DNA of 32,409 bases from a bacterium. GTDB lineage: Bacteria > Babelota > Babeliae > Babelales > JAUWHS01. Below are positions 17,395 through 26,410 of the stretch, in pieces. Both the position numbers and the translations under genes were made by a program. The stretch is from contig JBDRFY010000006.1 of the NCBI GenBank assembly GCA_043818275.1, positions 1 through 32,409 of the forward strand, written 5' to 3'. The notes under the pieces were generated by a model, which saw nothing but the letters and a program-made list of their open reading frames with translations, was not told the DNA's origin and did not search any database. Positions within the stretch are counted from its first letter, which is position 1, and each line of letters starts with the position of its first letter.

Positions 17395-18042
17395 TTAACT
17401 ACCAGATTCTATTAAATAATTAACTTTAAAATTTTTATAATAAGGATGATTTTTTATAATATTTCCAATGTATAAGTCAATTTTTTTTTGCATTATTTTA
17501 TTAACCCCATCTGCCATAATACTTACAGATTCTACTTTCTGTTTATTTGAAAAGTCAATAAACACCTGAGAGAGCACAGACAAAACCTCTGGACAAAAAA
17601 AAGGTAATTCGCAAGAAGACAAACCTAAAAGCTCTATCAATTTAAGTACGTAAATTTTTTTTAAAACAACAAATTTAGATTCTAAAGGATCTTGTTTTTC
17701 GAGAAGCAAATACGAGTTACATAAAAAATCAAAAATCTCATTTGCCGGTAAATGTAAAGGTAATGAATAATAACACAATTCGAGTAAAGCATGAAACCAT
17801 AAAATTGACTGCTTGGTAACATTTTGCTGGCAAGCAATTATATTTATTTTATTTGCAATAATATTTTTAGAATCATTAGATAAACAATTATATTTTATAA
17901 CCATTCCAGGCCATAATTTATAAATTAAATCAGCCGGAACCGATATTAAATTTATTTTTCCTATATTTTGATCTAAAATAGAAACTTTTTTCTTATAAGG
18001 AAGAAATCTCTTAAAAACAAAACCTAATCGACTATAATCCAT
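17395..18042 (-). CDS. Divergent RecO-like DNA repair protein
   Basis: The N-terminus 'GFVFKR...KKVSILDQNIGKI' resembles the RecO OB fold, and 'LELCYYSLP...EIFDFL' and 'LKLIELLG' resemble the RecO helical region. The size also fits. Confidence 0.55.
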   Translation of the reverse strand: MDYSRLGFVFKRFLPYKKKVSILDQNIGKINLISVPADLIYKLWPGMVIKYNCLSNDSKNIIANKINIIACQQNVTKQSILWFHALLELCYYSLPLHLPANEIFDFLCNSYLLLEKQDPLESKFVVLKKIYVLKLIELLGLSSCELPFFCPEVLSVLSQVFIDFSNKQKVESVSIMADGVNKIMQKKIDLYIGNIIKNHPYYKNFKVNYLIESGS

Positions 18043-18051
18043 GAAAAACCA

Positions 18052-19275
18052 TTATGTTCTAATTAATTTTACAGGAATAATTTTTGGATCTGGGTAATAA
18101 ATCAAACAACTTCTTGCTTGTGTATAAAAATTAATAAGATCTTTTTCACAATCCTTTTTTAAATTAGCAAAAGATATTTTTCCATCCAAAAAATCTTTTG
18201 TATAAGGAATTAAATTTAAACTATCAATTTTATCTTCCTGATAATTTAAATTTACATTATTTCTGTTATTCAAAAATCGAATCACCGTTAAAAATGTATT
18301 ATATATAGAAAAATTACTTTGCTCTTTTCGTAATTTAAATTTTATACCATTTAATCTTTTACTGCGGGTAACAATAGAATAATCACTTGGATATAAACCA
18401 GCTTTCAAGCATAAATTTTTAAAATATTCTTGTTCCCACACCGATAAACTTTGATCATATGGAAGTAAAATTGCATATTTTTTTTGCACACTCTTATGAA
18501 ATTTATTTATCGGATTAACCTGAGAAATAATTTTCAAAAATGCCTTTTCCAGAGAAACATCACTATCTGTTTGTTTTTTTGCATATTTAATATGATTTCT
18601 TTCCCAGTTTTTTAATGGAATAACAGTCAAGTTCGCTTTTTGTGGTAAATAAAATTTATTAAGATATTCGGCTAGCTCCCCATTTGACAAACCATGCCTA
18701 ATTGGGATTAAACCAGCACCCTCAATATAAGGACCAATAGGATTTGGTTTATCCAAAATAATTAAATTTTTATTATATTGAGCTGCCAAATTAGCTATTT
18801 TTACCAAAGTTGTAAAAGACTTACTTTGTTTTATCCCTGTATTTTTCATATCAAAAACAAAAGCATCGATATCATCAATATATTCCTTGGGGATTCTTAT
18901 ATATTTTTTATTCCAGTGATACGTTTGCGCATTTGTTTTTGTATCATTTTGAATCAAAACAATATTTTGGTCACCAGGCAATTTTTTTGGAATAAAAATT
19001 TTTTTAATTTTGAAATGTTTCTTTAATAAAGCTGGCACATTATTACTTATATCCTGATTTGTAGGATGAGAATCAGAAACTATAGCTAATTTTAAATTTT
19101 TAACCCAATCAAAATTTTTATCACTTAATAAAACCTGAAAACTGTTTTTTACCTGATTAGATAAATCTGTTTTTACAACTACAGAATTACTGTGTTTTGA
19201 AATTAAATGCGGCAAAAAATAAATTAAATAAAGAATACAAACTAATTTTATAGCTGTTACAAGCCTTTCATCCAT
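18052..19275 (-). CDS. Degenerate DUF1343/NamZ (exo-beta-N-acetylmuramidase)-like membrane-anchored protein
   Basis: IDAFVFDMKNTG (~DIQDVG), ILDKPNPIG (~VLDRPNP) and IPIRHGLSNGELA (~PxRHGMTxGELA). The start is moved to ATG 19275, because ATG 19323 lies inside a palindromic repeat. Confidence 0.75.
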   Translation of the reverse strand: MDERLVTAIKLVCILYLIYFLPHLISKHSNSVVVKTDLSNQVKNSFQVLLSDKNFDWVKNLKLAIVSDSHPTNQDISNNVPALLKKHFKIKKIFIPKKLPGDQNIVLIQNDTKTNAQTYHWNKKYIRIPKEYIDDIDAFVFDMKNTGIKQSKSFTTLVKIANLAAQYNKNLIILDKPNPIGPYIEGAGLIPIRHGLSNGELAEYLNKFYLPQKANLTVIPLKNWERNHIKYAKKQTDSDVSLEKAFLKIISQVNPINKFHKSVQKKYAILLPYDQSLSVWEQEYFKNLCLKAGLYPSDYSIVTRSKRLNGIKFKLRKEQSNFSIYNTFLTVIRFLNNRNNVNLNYQEDKIDSLNLIPYTKDFLDGKISFANLKKDCEKDLINFYTQARSCLIYYPDPKIIPVKLIRT

Positions 19276-19304
19276 TTTTAGCCTTTTTAACCTCTCAAAT
19301 TCAA

Positions 19305-19342
19305 CCCTACTTCGTACCGCCATATGGCGGTGCTTCGAAGGG
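19305..19342. repeat. Palindromic element related to the tRNA-Lys-fused hairpin
   Basis: CCCTACTTC-GTACCGCCAT/ATGGCGGTGC-TTCGAAGGG. Confidence 0.8.
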
Positions 19343-19504
19343 CGTTAACAATAAATTTTTACAATTTTGTTCGAATAATTAGATACTAAGTTAATATGAA
19401 ACAGTTTTCAAGCTTTTAAAAAATGAAATACCATTGCTTTTTACCCATTACATGTGCTTTATTAATAATGTAAAGAAAATTTTAGGGTTTAGGGGGCAAA
19501 TATC

Positions 19505-20620
19505 ATGAAAAACTTTCACTTAAAAAATTTATTACTTTATTTAATAATATTTCATTTCAAAAATTTAACACCTTACTCTCCAGAAAAATCTGAATTGGCA
19601 AATAATTCAAAATTAAATCTTCAACAAATATTTATTCCCACCAACTTTAATTTAAACTATGAAAGAATTACATCTGAACCCACCGCCTTGCTAAAAGCAG
19701 CAAGGGATGCGCTTAATTATTTTAACAGTAAAACAGATAAAAATATCACCTTAACCAAACCTGATAAATTTGAAATTCAGGTTTTAAAATCTAAGGACGT
19801 AAAAAAAACTTTAGAATTTATAATTGAGACAATTCAGCAGGATCAAAAAACAAAAAAATTTAGAATTCTGGATCCAAATTTTATAAATAAAAACTTTAAA
19901 TTTATTCACTGGACAGGAAACAAAAATTTTTTGGGACATGCAAATAAATACATTCGATTAACACAATACGCAGTATTTAAAGCGAGGGGGAGTTATGAAA
20001 AACAAAAAGATTATGCGTATCCTTTATATGCTATTCAAAATGCTTTTTTTTCCAAAAATTTAAAGGATAAATTTTCAAAACAGGAAATATTAAAAGGAAT
20101 TTTAGAAAAAACAGAATTTAAAGACATGGTTAAACCTTTAGTTTGGCTTACAAGAAATGATATGGAAGAAGCATTAATGCAAGGATCAATTATCGTTCAA
20201 ATGTCAGATGGAAAAACAAAAACATTTAACGTAGATGTAAGTAATAATATGAAATACAATGAAACTTTTTTAGGCAGACTTGGAAGATTTAACCAAAAAA
20301 GATTCTGGTATTTTAAAGAAGTAGGAAATATAAATGGCGGAGAAGAACATCTAAAAATAATTAAACGTGGTGACGCTGTTTTTGCGGGCAACCTACACAG
20401 TATCGGTTTGGGAAAAATTATCGCCATTAAATACAAAAATACAGAAACAAAAAACATTGAAATGCGTTTTGGTGTTTTAGCAGATAAAGGCGCAGCTTTT
20501 GCTAACAATTACAATCAATTAGATTATTTTGTAGGTGTTTTTGATGATATGAATCAATTTAAAAAACACATAAAAAAATTACCAAATTATGTTCAGGCAT
20601 TTATTATGGTAAAAAAATAA
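19505..20620 (+). CDS. mltA: MltA-like lytic murein transglycosylase (3D domain)
   Basis: YPLY, PLVWL, ALMQGS (~FLQIQGS) and C-terminal LADKGAAF...QLDYFVG (~AQDTGGAI...DxFxG). Confidence 0.75.
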   Translation: MKNFHLKNLLLYLIIFHFKNLTPYSPEKSELANNSKLNLQQIFIPTNFNLNYERITSEPTALLKAARDALNYFNSKTDKNITLTKPDKFEIQVLKSKDVKKTLEFIIETIQQDQKTKKFRILDPNFINKNFKFIHWTGNKNFLGHANKYIRLTQYAVFKARGSYEKQKDYAYPLYAIQNAFFSKNLKDKFSKQEILKGILEKTEFKDMVKPLVWLTRNDMEEALMQGSIIVQMSDGKTKTFNVDVSNNMKYNETFLGRLGRFNQKRFWYFKEVGNINGGEEHLKIIKRGDAVFAGNLHSIGLGKIIAIKYKNTETKNIEMRFGVLADKGAAFANNYNQLDYFVGVFDDMNQFKKHIKKLPNYVQAFIMVKK

Positions 20621-20641
20621 TTTTTATTTATTCACTTATAC

Positions 20642-20672
20642 AAAAAAAGGCCGGCAAAAATTGCCGGCCCTT
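20642..20672 (-). terminator. Rho-independent terminator for hppA, possibly bidirectional
   Basis: GGCCGGCAA/TTGCCGGCC stem (20649-20669), followed by a T7 run on the minus strand. Confidence 0.85.
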
Positions 20673-20694
20673 AATTTTCTTTTAAAAAACTAAA

Positions 20695-22671
20695 TTAAAC
20701 GGTTGCAAGTAATAATGAAATTACAGCCATCAATTTAATTAAAATATTCAATGATGGACCAGATGTATCTTTAAATGGATCTCCAACCGTATCTCCAACA
20801 ACTGCCGATTTGTGCGCGTCGGAACCTTTTCCACCAAAATTACCTGCTTCGATAAATTTTTTAGCGTTATCCCATGCACCACCAGCATTTGCCATTGTTA
20901 AAGCCAAAACAATTCCGGTTAATGTTGCACCTGCCAAAAATCCACCTAACGCAACGTTTCCAAAAATAAATCTGATAGCTATTGGACTTGCAACAGTTAA
21001 AAAACCTGGAAGCAACATTTCAAGCAACGCAGCATTCGTACTAATTTCAATACACCTTTCCGAATCTGGCTCAGCGGTTCCTTCCATCAAACCTTTAATT
21101 TCTTTGAATTGACGTCTGACTTCCATTACCATTTTCCATGCAGCTTTACTTACAGATCTCATGGTAAGAGCTGAAACTAAAAATGGCATTGTTCCACCAA
21201 TAAACAATCCTGAAATTACTAAAGGATTTAAAAGATCAATACCTGTAACACCAGCCCTTTCACAAAAAGCAACAAAAACAGCCAAAGCTGTTAGCGCTGC
21301 AGAACCAATTGCAAAACCTTTTCCAAGAGCGGCAGTCATATTGCCAAGCGAATCTAATTTATCTGTAATTTTTCTAACATTAGGACCAAACCCGGACATT
21401 TCTGAAATTCCACCAGCGTTATCAGCAATTGGCCCGTAAGCATCAACAGACATTGTAATACCAACAGTTGCGAGCATTGAAACAGCCGCAATCGCAACGC
21501 CAAAAAGTCCCCCAAAAAATTGATATGACAAGAAAATTACAACAGCTATTGAAATGACTGGAGCAACAACTGATTCAAACCCGATAGATAAACCGTAAAT
21601 CAAGTTTGTACCTGCGCCAGATTCAGACGCTTCTGCTAATTTTTCAACAGGCCTTCCGTTTGTGTAATAGTCCGTAATTAAACCAATTACAACTCCCGAT
21701 AAAGCTCCCAAGATAATTGAACCAAAAATTACAAAATCAACGTCAAAAGCTTTAAGATAAAAATATGAACCAAGCAAGAAAAATATAATAGCAACATAAG
21801 TTGAATTATGAAGCATACTGCTAATTTTACCCTTAAATAAATATGTTGAAGCCAAACCAATAATTGAAGAAAGAAGACCAATTGAAATAAGAATTAAAGG
21901 CAATGAGATATAAAGCAAATTTGCAGGATAGGCAGTATAAGCTAAAGCCATTGCAGCCAAAGTTGCTCCTACATAAGATTCAAAAATATCTGCCCCCATA
22001 CCAGCAGTATCCCCTACGCAATCCCCAACATTATCTGCAATAACAGCCGGATTTCTTGGATCATCTTCAGGTATTCCCATCTCAACTTTTCCAACAAGAT
22101 CAGCACCAACGTCAGCAGCTTTTGTAAAAATTCCTCCACCAACACGGGCAAACAACGCAATCGAACTTGCACCTAAACCAAAAGAAGTAATAATTTGAAC
22201 AAAATCAACGTTCGGATTAACAACAAAGAAATAAAAAAGAGTTCCGAGGCCAAAAAGTCCTAAACTTGCAACAATAAATCCCATAACAGAACCACCAAAA
22301 AGTGCTGTTAAAAAAGCAGCTCTTTCACCCTCTTCTTTTGCAGCCATTGTGGTTGAAACATTGGCATTTGTTGCCGCACGCATTCCAACAAAACCTGCAA
22401 TCATGGAAAATAAAGCTCCGCCAACGTAAGCAAACCCTGAAATCATGGTAGAAAAATAAGAAAGGGTTGCAAATGCAATCAAAATAACCACAGCTAAAAT
22501 CGAATATTCTTTTTTTAAGAACGTCATTGCGCCATTTCTAATCAAAAGAGCAATTCTTTCTGCTTTTTTATTCTCAATTTTTCTTTTTTTTGTCTGGATA
22601 AACAAAATAGCAGTAAGAATTAAGCCTAAAAATGAAACAATTGAAAACAACATAAAATATTGCATCAACAT
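20695..22671 (-). CDS. hppA: Membrane-bound cation-translocating pyrophosphatase (K+-dependent, probably Na+-pumping)
   Basis: [50 protein letters not shown] and [14 protein letters not shown]. Confidence 0.97.
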   Translation of the reverse strand: MLMQYFMLFSIVSFLGLILTAILFIQTKKRKIENKKAERIALLIRNGAMTFLKKEYSILAVVILIAFATLSYFSTMISGFAYVGGALFSMIAGFVGMRAATNANVSTTMAAKEEGERAAFLTALFGGSVMGFIVASLGLFGLGTLFYFFVVNPNVDFVQIITSFGLGASSIALFARVGGGIFTKAADVGADLVGKVEMGIPEDDPRNPAVIADNVGDCVGDTAGMGADIFESYVGATLAAMALAYTAYPANLLYISLPLILISIGLLSSIIGLASTYLFKGKISSMLHNSTYVAIIFFLLGSYFYLKAFDVDFVIFGSIILGALSGVVIGLITDYYTNGRPVEKLAEASESGAGTNLIYGLSIGFESVVAPVISIAVVIFLSYQFFGGLFGVAIAAVSMLATVGITMSVDAYGPIADNAGGISEMSGFGPNVRKITDKLDSLGNMTAALGKGFAIGSAALTALAVFVAFCERAGVTGIDLLNPLVISGLFIGGTMPFLVSALTMRSVSKAAWKMVMEVRRQFKEIKGLMEGTAEPDSERCIEISTNAALLEMLLPGFLTVASPIAIRFIFGNVALGGFLAGATLTGIVLALTMANAGGAWDNAKKFIEAGNFGGKGSDAHKSAVVGDTVGDPFKDTSGPSLNILIKLMAVISLLLATV

Positions 22672-22869
22672 AAAACAACTCCCATAAATGTTATTTATTG
22701 ATTTGTATTTGAAAATACGACAAATTACAAGATTAAAAGGTCTTTAGTCTTTTGTAAAGCTCTTTTTGCTCAAATTATAGAAAAAAAATTTCTATCTGAA
22801 TCATATTTTTATCAAAAAACACAAAATCAAAATTTAACTTATTTTTTTAATCCCATTATCCTTTATTCC

Positions 22870-24771
22870 ATGAATATCTTTTTTAAAACATTTTTAATTA
22901 CAATTATTTTCATTTCTTCTTTTTTAACTGGGGCATTTCTTTATTTATATGAAAACCAGACAACAGATTTTTCTTCTTTGCAAAATTATGACCCAGGAAA
23001 ACCATCAATTGTTCTGGATGATGAAGGAAAAGAGCTTTTCAGATTTGATCTGGATAAACGCGCGCCGGTTACCTTTGATAAATTACCCCCAGTTTTGGTC
23101 AAGGCTTTTGTTGCAACAGAAGATCATAATTTCTTTAATCATTGCGGAATATCTTTTAAGGGAATTTTACGCTCAATTTTGGTTAATTTATACAAACGGC
23201 AAAAAGTTCAGGGAGCCAGCACAATAACACAACAACTAGCCCGAATGATGTTTCTGTATTATGACAAAACTTTTCTGCGTAAATTTCAGGAAATGTTTTT
23301 GGCTTTGCAAATTGAAAAACAGTTTTCCAAAGAAAAAATTTTAGAACTATATGTCAATAATGTCTTTTTTGGCCAAGGCATCTACGGAGTGCAAGCAGCA
23401 TGTAAAAGATTTTGGAATAAATCAGTAACTGAAATTGATTTAGAACAAGCAGCAGTATTGGCATCTGTAACACGTTCAGCAAAAATTTATTCCCCGCTCA
23501 ATTCAACTTTCATGTCTCAAAAAAGAAGAGATTTAGTGTTGCACAGCATGCTTAAATTAAACTTCATAACTCATGAAGAATATCAGCAAGCTATAAAAAA
23601 AGAATTATCAATAAATGATTTTTTATCCGGCAATCCAATTCGACTTTACTTAAAAGAATGGATCCGAAATTGGGCTGAAAATAATTGGGGCAAAGATATT
23701 TTATACAAAAAGGGTTTAAAAATTAAAACCACAATTAATTCAAAAATGCAGGAAGTAGCAGAAAATGTAATGTCACAAAGTATAAAAAAATTACGCGAAA
23801 ATCTTGAACCAGAATTAAATGGTGGTTTAATTTCAATTGAAAGCAACACTGGAAAAATTAAAGCTTCAATTGGAGGACTTGATTTTAAAGAATCACAATT
23901 TAACAGATCTTTTCAGGCAGTAAGACAAATTGGTTCAGCATTCAAACCAATTATTTACACGACAGCATTACAAAATGGAATGAAAATGAATGATATAGAA
24001 ATTGATGAACCATTCGAATTACCAATTGACCAGGAAAATGTTTGGCGTCCTAAAAATTGGACCAATCGCTTTGAAGGTCCCATGACATTGTTAAAAGCAT
24101 TAAGTTTTTCAAATAACATAATCACAATTAAAGTTTTTTTAAAAACTGGAGCGAAAAAAATAATAGAGCTTGCTAAAAAGTTTGGAATAAAAAGAGGTTT
24201 ACAACCATATCCATCGCTTGCTCTTGGAGTTGCAGAAAGTACAGTTGAAGAATGCGCGGCAGCTTTTAATGTTTTTGCAAATAGTGGTGAATATGTAAAA
24301 CCATATTTATTTGAATGGGTTAAAAATCAGTGGGATAAAAAAATTTGGCAAAACGAAGAAGCCAGACACAATATTTTAGATTTAAAAACAAATTCAAAAA
24401 TGATAAACGCTTTATCTTACCGCATGAAACGCGCGCGCAATTATTTTGGCGCGCAAAATTGGATTAATTGCGAATCAATTGGAAAATCAGGATCAACAAA
24501 CGGAGCTTCTTCTGTCTGGTTTGTAGGTTCAACCCCTCAATTTACAACAGCTGTTTATCTTGGACGAGATGATAATAAACCAATGGGAAAATCAGTCTTT
24601 GCAAGTTCAACATCGTTACCCGTCTGGTATTCATTTAATAAACAAATAGACACAACAAAAAAGCATTTTTACATCGATCCAAATTTAAAAGAAATAATTG
24701 TTGATTGGAATACAGGTCTTCCATTAAAAGATAAAATGGAAAATTCCGCTGTTACAATTCTTGAAGGATAG
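22870..24771 (+). CDS. Class A penicillin-binding protein (PBP1A family)
   Basis: Transglycosylase motifs EDHNF, GASTITQQL and RKFQE, and transpeptidase motifs SAFK, SNN and KSG. Confidence 0.93.
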   Translation: MNIFFKTFLITIIFISSFLTGAFLYLYENQTTDFSSLQNYDPGKPSIVLDDEGKELFRFDLDKRAPVTFDKLPPVLVKAFVATEDHNFFNHCGISFKGILRSILVNLYKRQKVQGASTITQQLARMMFLYYDKTFLRKFQEMFLALQIEKQFSKEKILELYVNNVFFGQGIYGVQAACKRFWNKSVTEIDLEQAAVLASVTRSAKIYSPLNSTFMSQKRRDLVLHSMLKLNFITHEEYQQAIKKELSINDFLSGNPIRLYLKEWIRNWAENNWGKDILYKKGLKIKTTINSKMQEVAENVMSQSIKKLRENLEPELNGGLISIESNTGKIKASIGGLDFKESQFNRSFQAVRQIGSAFKPIIYTTALQNGMKMNDIEIDEPFELPIDQENVWRPKNWTNRFEGPMTLLKALSFSNNIITIKVFLKTGAKKIIELAKKFGIKRGLQPYPSLALGVAESTVEECAAAFNVFANSGEYVKPYLFEWVKNQWDKKIWQNEEARHNILDLKTNSKMINALSYRMKRARNYFGAQNWINCESIGKSGSTNGASSVWFVGSTPQFTTAVYLGRDDNKPMGKSVFASSTSLPVWYSFNKQIDTTKKHFYIDPNLKEIIVDWNTGLPLKDKMENSAVTILEG

Positions 24772-24788
24772 CTTTATTTGCCTTAAAT

Positions 24789-25307
24789 TTAAATAGTTAT
24801 TTTTTCAATTTCACTTTTGAATTGTTTATAAAGATCATTAAAATCTGAACATATAACTTTTGTTTCTCCAATTGTAGCTAAAAAATTTGTATCCCCACTC
24901 CATCGTGGAATTATGTGAATATGAAAATGTGATGGAATTCCTCCACCTCCAGCAATTCCTGTATTAAAACCAACATTGAAACCTTGTGGTTTTAAAACAT
25001 TTTGGACAATTTTAATTCCGGAATTTACAACATCCATCATTTCATTTCGAACTTTTGAAGAAAAATCTTGAAAATCTGGCTTATGCTCAAATGGAATAAC
25101 CATTAAATGACCGGCATTATATGGATAAAGATTCATAACTAATGCGCAATTATCAAATCTTTTAATTATGAAATATTTTTCATCATTATTTTCTGCAAAC
25201 TGGCTACAAAAAACACAATCTTTTTTATTTTTTTTCTTTTTTTCATTTTCAATATGCACTGTACCAGAAACATATTTATGCCGCCATGGTGCATATATTT
25301 TTTTCAT
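24789..25307 (-). CDS. HIT-family hydrolase (Ap4A hydrolase/phosphorylase-like)
   Basis: YAPWR, CVFC, NLYPYNAGHLMVIP, GFNVGFN and HFHIHIIPRW. Confidence 0.93.
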   Translation of the reverse strand: MKKIYAPWRHKYVSGTVHIENEKKKKNKKDCVFCSQFAENNDEKYFIIKRFDNCALVMNLYPYNAGHLMVIPFEHKPDFQDFSSKVRNEMMDVVNSGIKIVQNVLKPQGFNVGFNTGIAGGGGIPSHFHIHIIPRWSGDTNFLATIGETKVICSDFNDLYKQFKSEIEKITI

Positions 25308-25385
25308 GTTTTATTCCCAATAATTTTAATTATATTTATCTTTAAAAAATTAATTTTAGCCTTTTTTGTCATCCTGAATTTATTT

Positions 25386-25631
25386 TTCACAACTGTCCGA
25401 AGTGATGAAAGCGACTTTAAACAAAACAAATTTTCATCACATCCGTTCGTCCTGAGGAGCTCGAAATGCCTTTAGCAATTGAGAGCGTCTCGAAGGATAT
25501 TCCTTATAAAATTAATTTTTTATTTGGATTACCCTTCGAGACGCTCCATTAACATTACGCTCCTCAGGGCGAACGGGAGGTGTGATTTTTGCTTATTCTA
25601 AAACATTTCAAACACTTCGGACAGTTGTGAA
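25386..25631. mobile_element. 246-bp MITE with 19-bp perfect TIRs and a 7-bp target-site duplication
   Basis: TTCACAACTGTCCGAAGTG (25386-25404) / CACTTCGGACAGTTGTGAA (25613-25631), flanked by direct TTTATTT (25379-25385 and 25632-25638). Confidence 0.85.
25443..25576. repeat. REP doublet (CCTGAG...TCGAAGG family) nested inside the MITE
   Basis: CCGTTCGTCCTGAGGAGC...GAGCGTCTCGAAGG and CCTTCGAGACGCTC...GCTCCTCAGGGCGAACGG in inverted orientation. The termini match the doublet at 7685-7854. Confidence 0.85.
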
Positions 25632-25820
25632 TTTATTTCAGGATCCACTCTCAATTAAACTAACAAAAATTATAAATATCTCTAATTGCATACTTCTATT
25701 TACAAAAATAAAACAATTCAAAAAGCCAAACATCGATCCTGAAACAAGTTCAGGATGACAAAAGAAAAATTACATTTCTTTTTATCATCCTGATTATCTC
25801 AATAAATCTAAAATTCGTAA

Positions 25821-26318
25821 TTACGCAACTTCAATTAATTCAACATCAAAAATCAAAGTTGAATCTTCTGGAATAATATTTCCAACCTTATTTTTTCCGT
25901 ACGCGAGATATGAAGGAATTGTTAAACGACGCTTCTCTCCAACCTTCATCTCTTTAACACCCTCATCAAAACCAACAATTACCTGTTTTTTACCCAGAGT
26001 AAATCCAAATGGTTGTCCACGATCGACAGAGCTGTCTATCTTTTGACCGGGTTTTCCTTTGTCACTAAGGTAACCGGTATAATGAACCATAACCTTATTT
26101 CCTTCTTGCGCAACTTTTGCTGCATCATCAGCTTCTTTTACAATTTCATACTTAAGACCAATCGGTGTCATTCTTGCAATCTTTTTACCTTTTTTATTTT
26201 TTTTATCTCTTTCGGTTTTTACATCTTTAGTTTTGTCACATTTTTTACAAAAAAAATCACATGAACTAAACAAAGTAAGAAGCAAAACACTGCTAACACC
26301 CAATAAAATTTTCCTCAT
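25821..26318 (-). CDS. FKBP-type peptidyl-prolyl isomerase, predicted lipoprotein
   Basis: Lipobox-like LFSSC, VHYTGYL, DSSVDRGQPF, VIVGFDEG, IPSYLAYG and LIFDVEL. Confidence 0.93.
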   Translation of the reverse strand: MRKILLGVSSVLLLTLFSSCDFFCKKCDKTKDVKTERDKKNKKGKKIARMTPIGLKYEIVKEADDAAKVAQEGNKVMVHYTGYLSDKGKPGQKIDSSVDRGQPFGFTLGKKQVIVGFDEGVKEMKVGEKRRLTIPSYLAYGKNKVGNIIPEDSTLIFDVELIEVA

Positions 26319-26410
26319 ATCTTCTCCCTCTTATTAAAAAAACATTAATTTACAAACAACGGAGATATCCAATAAGGTAAAAAAAAGAAATTTAAAAATC
26401 AATTTTCTTT

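Larger units (their letters stand above)
25368..25793. repeat. GTCATCCTGAA-family REP cluster, with the first copy interrupted by a MITE
   Basis: GTCATCCTGAATTTATTT (25368-25385) plus CAGGATC (25639-25645) rebuilds one REP. The inverted partner GATCCTGAAACAAGTTCAGGATGAC is at 25735-25759, and a partial copy is at 25781-25793. Confidence 0.88.

Noticed and set aside
19276..19323. N-terminal extension MAVRSRVEF... of the NamZ-like ORF
   Set aside because: The ATG is the centre of a palindromic repeat. ATG 19275 has an AAGG RBS and directly precedes the membrane anchor.
25254..25475. 73-aa + strand ORF
   Set aside because: It crosses the HIT start, the REP and the MITE end, and has no transposase or other motif.
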